Below are positions 61,291-64,000 of a stretch of 64,000 nucleotides of DNA, piece by piece; within the stretch, counting starts at the first letter, position 1; each line of letters starts with the position of its first letter. Both the position numbers and the translations under genes were made by a program. Source of the stretch: Magallana gigas (lineage: Eukaryota); the NCBI RefSeq assembly GCF_963853765.1, contig NC_088856.1, forward strand, positions 19,468,001-19,532,000, read 5' to 3'. Under the pieces are notes generated by a model that worked only from the letters and a program-made list of their open reading frames with translations, was not told the DNA's origin and made no database searches.

Positions 61291-62160
61291 AAGTCGCGTT
61301 TAATATAATTTTATAGATTCGTTTACCAAATTATATTTCTTGTTTTTAATATAATTTGTGTATAACGTTATATTATATGCAAAATATAATGTCATTTACT
61401 TGATTGGATTTTATAATAATGTATAATTAGATTTAATGCGATATACAACAAGAATAATGTAGTTTAATAGAAAAAATTATACGTTTCGTTTAAGAAAATT
61501 GACATGCATACGTAAATACATTTATACATAAAGTTTAATAATGTTTCTGGTATTCAGGAAATATATATGATAATTAATGTGTCAATAATATGTTATTTTA
61601 TACAAAATAAAATGTTGTTTACGTACTCATTATTGCAAATACACAAAATCGTCTATATGTATCAAAGTATCTGATATTATGTTCTGATTTAATCATGGGA
61701 GGGGTTCGAGACGGTAAACACAAAACATCCTAATGATTATTTTTTCAGACACGTATAAGTAGATTAGATACAATATACAAAAAAGTATAATAAAGTTTAA
61801 TAGAAAAATATATAACTATGATAATTTTAGTTTGATCTTTATATGTAAATTTGCTTATACTTGAAGTTTAACCGAGTTTGATTTGCATTAAATATACGTG
61901 ATAATTAATGTGCCATTAATACATCTTTCATTTCGAATAAAATATTGTTTATACACTGATACAAACAGACAAAATATTATAAAGCATCCAATATTATTAT
62001 TTGCTGCAGCTCTGAACTTACATGTACGTGGAAGGGGTTTGGGAAGAAAAAAAACCCCACTAAATTAATCACTTCAAGGAAATATTTGATTTGTAGTAAA
62101 ATAAAAACGAAAAAACTCACAAAGCAAATAAAAAATATTTGACTATAACAATTGATTCAG

Positions 62161-62162
<2 letters not shown>

Positions 62163-62193
<31 letters not shown>
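62163..62193. repeat. (GA)n microsatellite
   Basis: Run of ga dinucleotides. Confidence 0.92.
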
Positions 62194-62197
<4 letters not shown>

Positions 62198-63519
62198 AAC
62201 CTCTACGCGCATGCGAATCAAATTAAGCCAATCAAAAATCGAGAGAATTCGGGACCCGCCAAGCTGCGATGGAGATAACATGTCAGATTCGAGTGAAGTA
62301 GCGAAGTAGATCTATCAGAATTTAGTGCTCTTGGACTGATGAATCATCAGATTCGTACATCGACGAAATCTTTAGGAAAACATCCATTGTCAAGACTATT
62401 GTCAAGTGCCGAAAGGGAAGAAAAAGTCACCACCATGTCAAGCAGGTAGAGCGCTCGTGAGAAACAAGATGGCGAAACTGTCCCACAACGTCAGTCCTTT
62501 GCCTCAACTTCTGTTCTTACATGTAGCAGCACCTTGGAGATAGGTTCGCCGGCCAGTAGTACCAGTTGTTTAGTAGGTATGGTGGTGATTACGGTATCGA
62601 TAAACAAGCGTCCCATTAACACATGCTCTTGTAATTTTATAGTTACTTCCCCTTGTGAACATGATTATTTCCCTTGTAAGAAGTACAGTCAACTCGTAAC
62701 CAAACTGATTTGTAATCAAATAGTCGGATAGACCGAGTGAAAAATAACTTCAAATTACATGATTATGCCCACAGTCATAACTTTTTAATATTGATATTCA
62801 TTTAAATAAATATTGTCGGGTATGTCATATTATCAAATTACCATATTATCTACCGGTATAAGTATTTGTACTCACAGATGCTTGGGGACGGGACTCCCAA
62901 CCCCCATATTCACCCCCTCCCCCCCCCCCCCCCCACATTCACAAGTTATTTTTACCATTTGACACCTTATGAAATTAAAGAGACCATCATTTCCAGCCGG
63001 TCAGTACTTTTTCAGTTATGAGCCCGTCCTATGATATCGCGGTAGTTATATTATTTTGTTAAAAAATCTATCAATACGAAAATATTTCCAGAAACTAATG
63101 TTTTGTGAGTTTATATACCTCAGTAATGTTTAACGTGTCTGTTTTCAATGTCTAAAAATATTCCGATGTTAAATGTCAATTTCAGCGCGTGCTACTATAA
63201 GTAAACAGAAATACCGCGATACCATAGAACCAGCGATATGATAGAAACAAGTATAAATAATTTAAGGATTTCCTAGCGAGGTGTCAAATTTTACAAGATG
63301 GTGTCTGCTGACATTGCAAATTCTTTGCTTTTTATACCAGGGGTATATATTTTATTTCTACATAGCTTTTGCGTTAATTGTGTTTTTTAAATGTAGCATA
63401 AATCAACATATAGTTATAATAAAAATAAATGATAAAAAAATAACCCGAGAATGGAGGGGGGGGGGGGGGCAATAATTAAACACACAAGTTTCAAATTTAA
63501 TCAATGTTGATTATAATTT

Positions 63520-63995
63520 GTCCCAAGTTATTGCTTCCATCACTTTTTGATGATTTTTTTTATAAAAATACACCTACACTCAAATAGAAGTACAGTTGAA
63601 ATCGATGAAATGGAAAATATATCCAAGATATCTCCATTCAATGACACATCATTTTTCACTCATAAAAGTTCACATGAAGGTAAATAAATTTCTTATGGAA
63701 ATTTATAATAGGAAATGTCTACATCTTTTCACCATCTGGAAATCACTTGGAATATATACCTTGGACAATTTTTCGTTATCCAGGCTATTTCATGGCTGGT
63801 GCAATGAAAAATCCCCATAGACTATTTTGAGTTGTATATTGAGATCTGAAGGGGCAAAAGCCAAAGGGGTGTTTCAAAACAGATAATCTTAAGATATTTC
63901 ATATATATTTTGAGGATGAACATTTGAGCACATAGGTATTTAAGATTATCAAAATATCAAGAAAAAGTGAACGAAGAAAAAAACTCGGGACAGAG
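63520..63995. mobile_element. MITE, copy 2 (left TIR truncated)
   Basis: gtcccaagttattgcttccatca... to ...ctcgggacagag, colinear with 49508-49977. Confidence 0.75.
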
Positions 63996-64000
63996 TGTAG

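Overview
AT-rich, intron-rich animal genomic DNA. It is probably a bivalve mollusc such as an oyster; that is inferred from gene structure and repeat types and is not proven. Left end: a largely intact tyrosine-recombinase (DIRS-order) retrotransposon on the minus strand. It has gag, then pol (RT-RNaseH-Dam-like domain), then a tyrosine recombinase frame that the ORF track missed and that runs off the window edge. Middle: seven host genes, six of them in three head-to-head pairs: NSMCE3/MAGE(-) with tafazzin(+), an unrecognised 377-aa gene(-) with a ~2000-aa C2H2 zinc-finger gene(+), and SMUG1(-) with TIM17(+). The seventh is a five-exon DPM3(-) that is invisible in the ORF track. I reconstructed the spliced CDSs by hand, and their exon phases and lengths close correctly. 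Non-autonomous elements are scattered throughout (Helentron-type HINEs, a MULE-like element, Tc1/mariner MITEs, tRNA-SINEs, a LINE remnant), and the last 11 kb is mostly repeat debris. The most interesting signals are (1) a phase-matched GT-AG intron predicted to fuse the retrotransposon pol in frame to its recombinase, (2) an array of nine hairpin-forming 41-bp repeats inside that intron whose variation avoids the stem, and (3) a TA to TACATGTA insertion caught in one repeat unit, plus a more than 10-fold window-wide excess of TACATGTA, suggesting pervasive transposon excision footprints.
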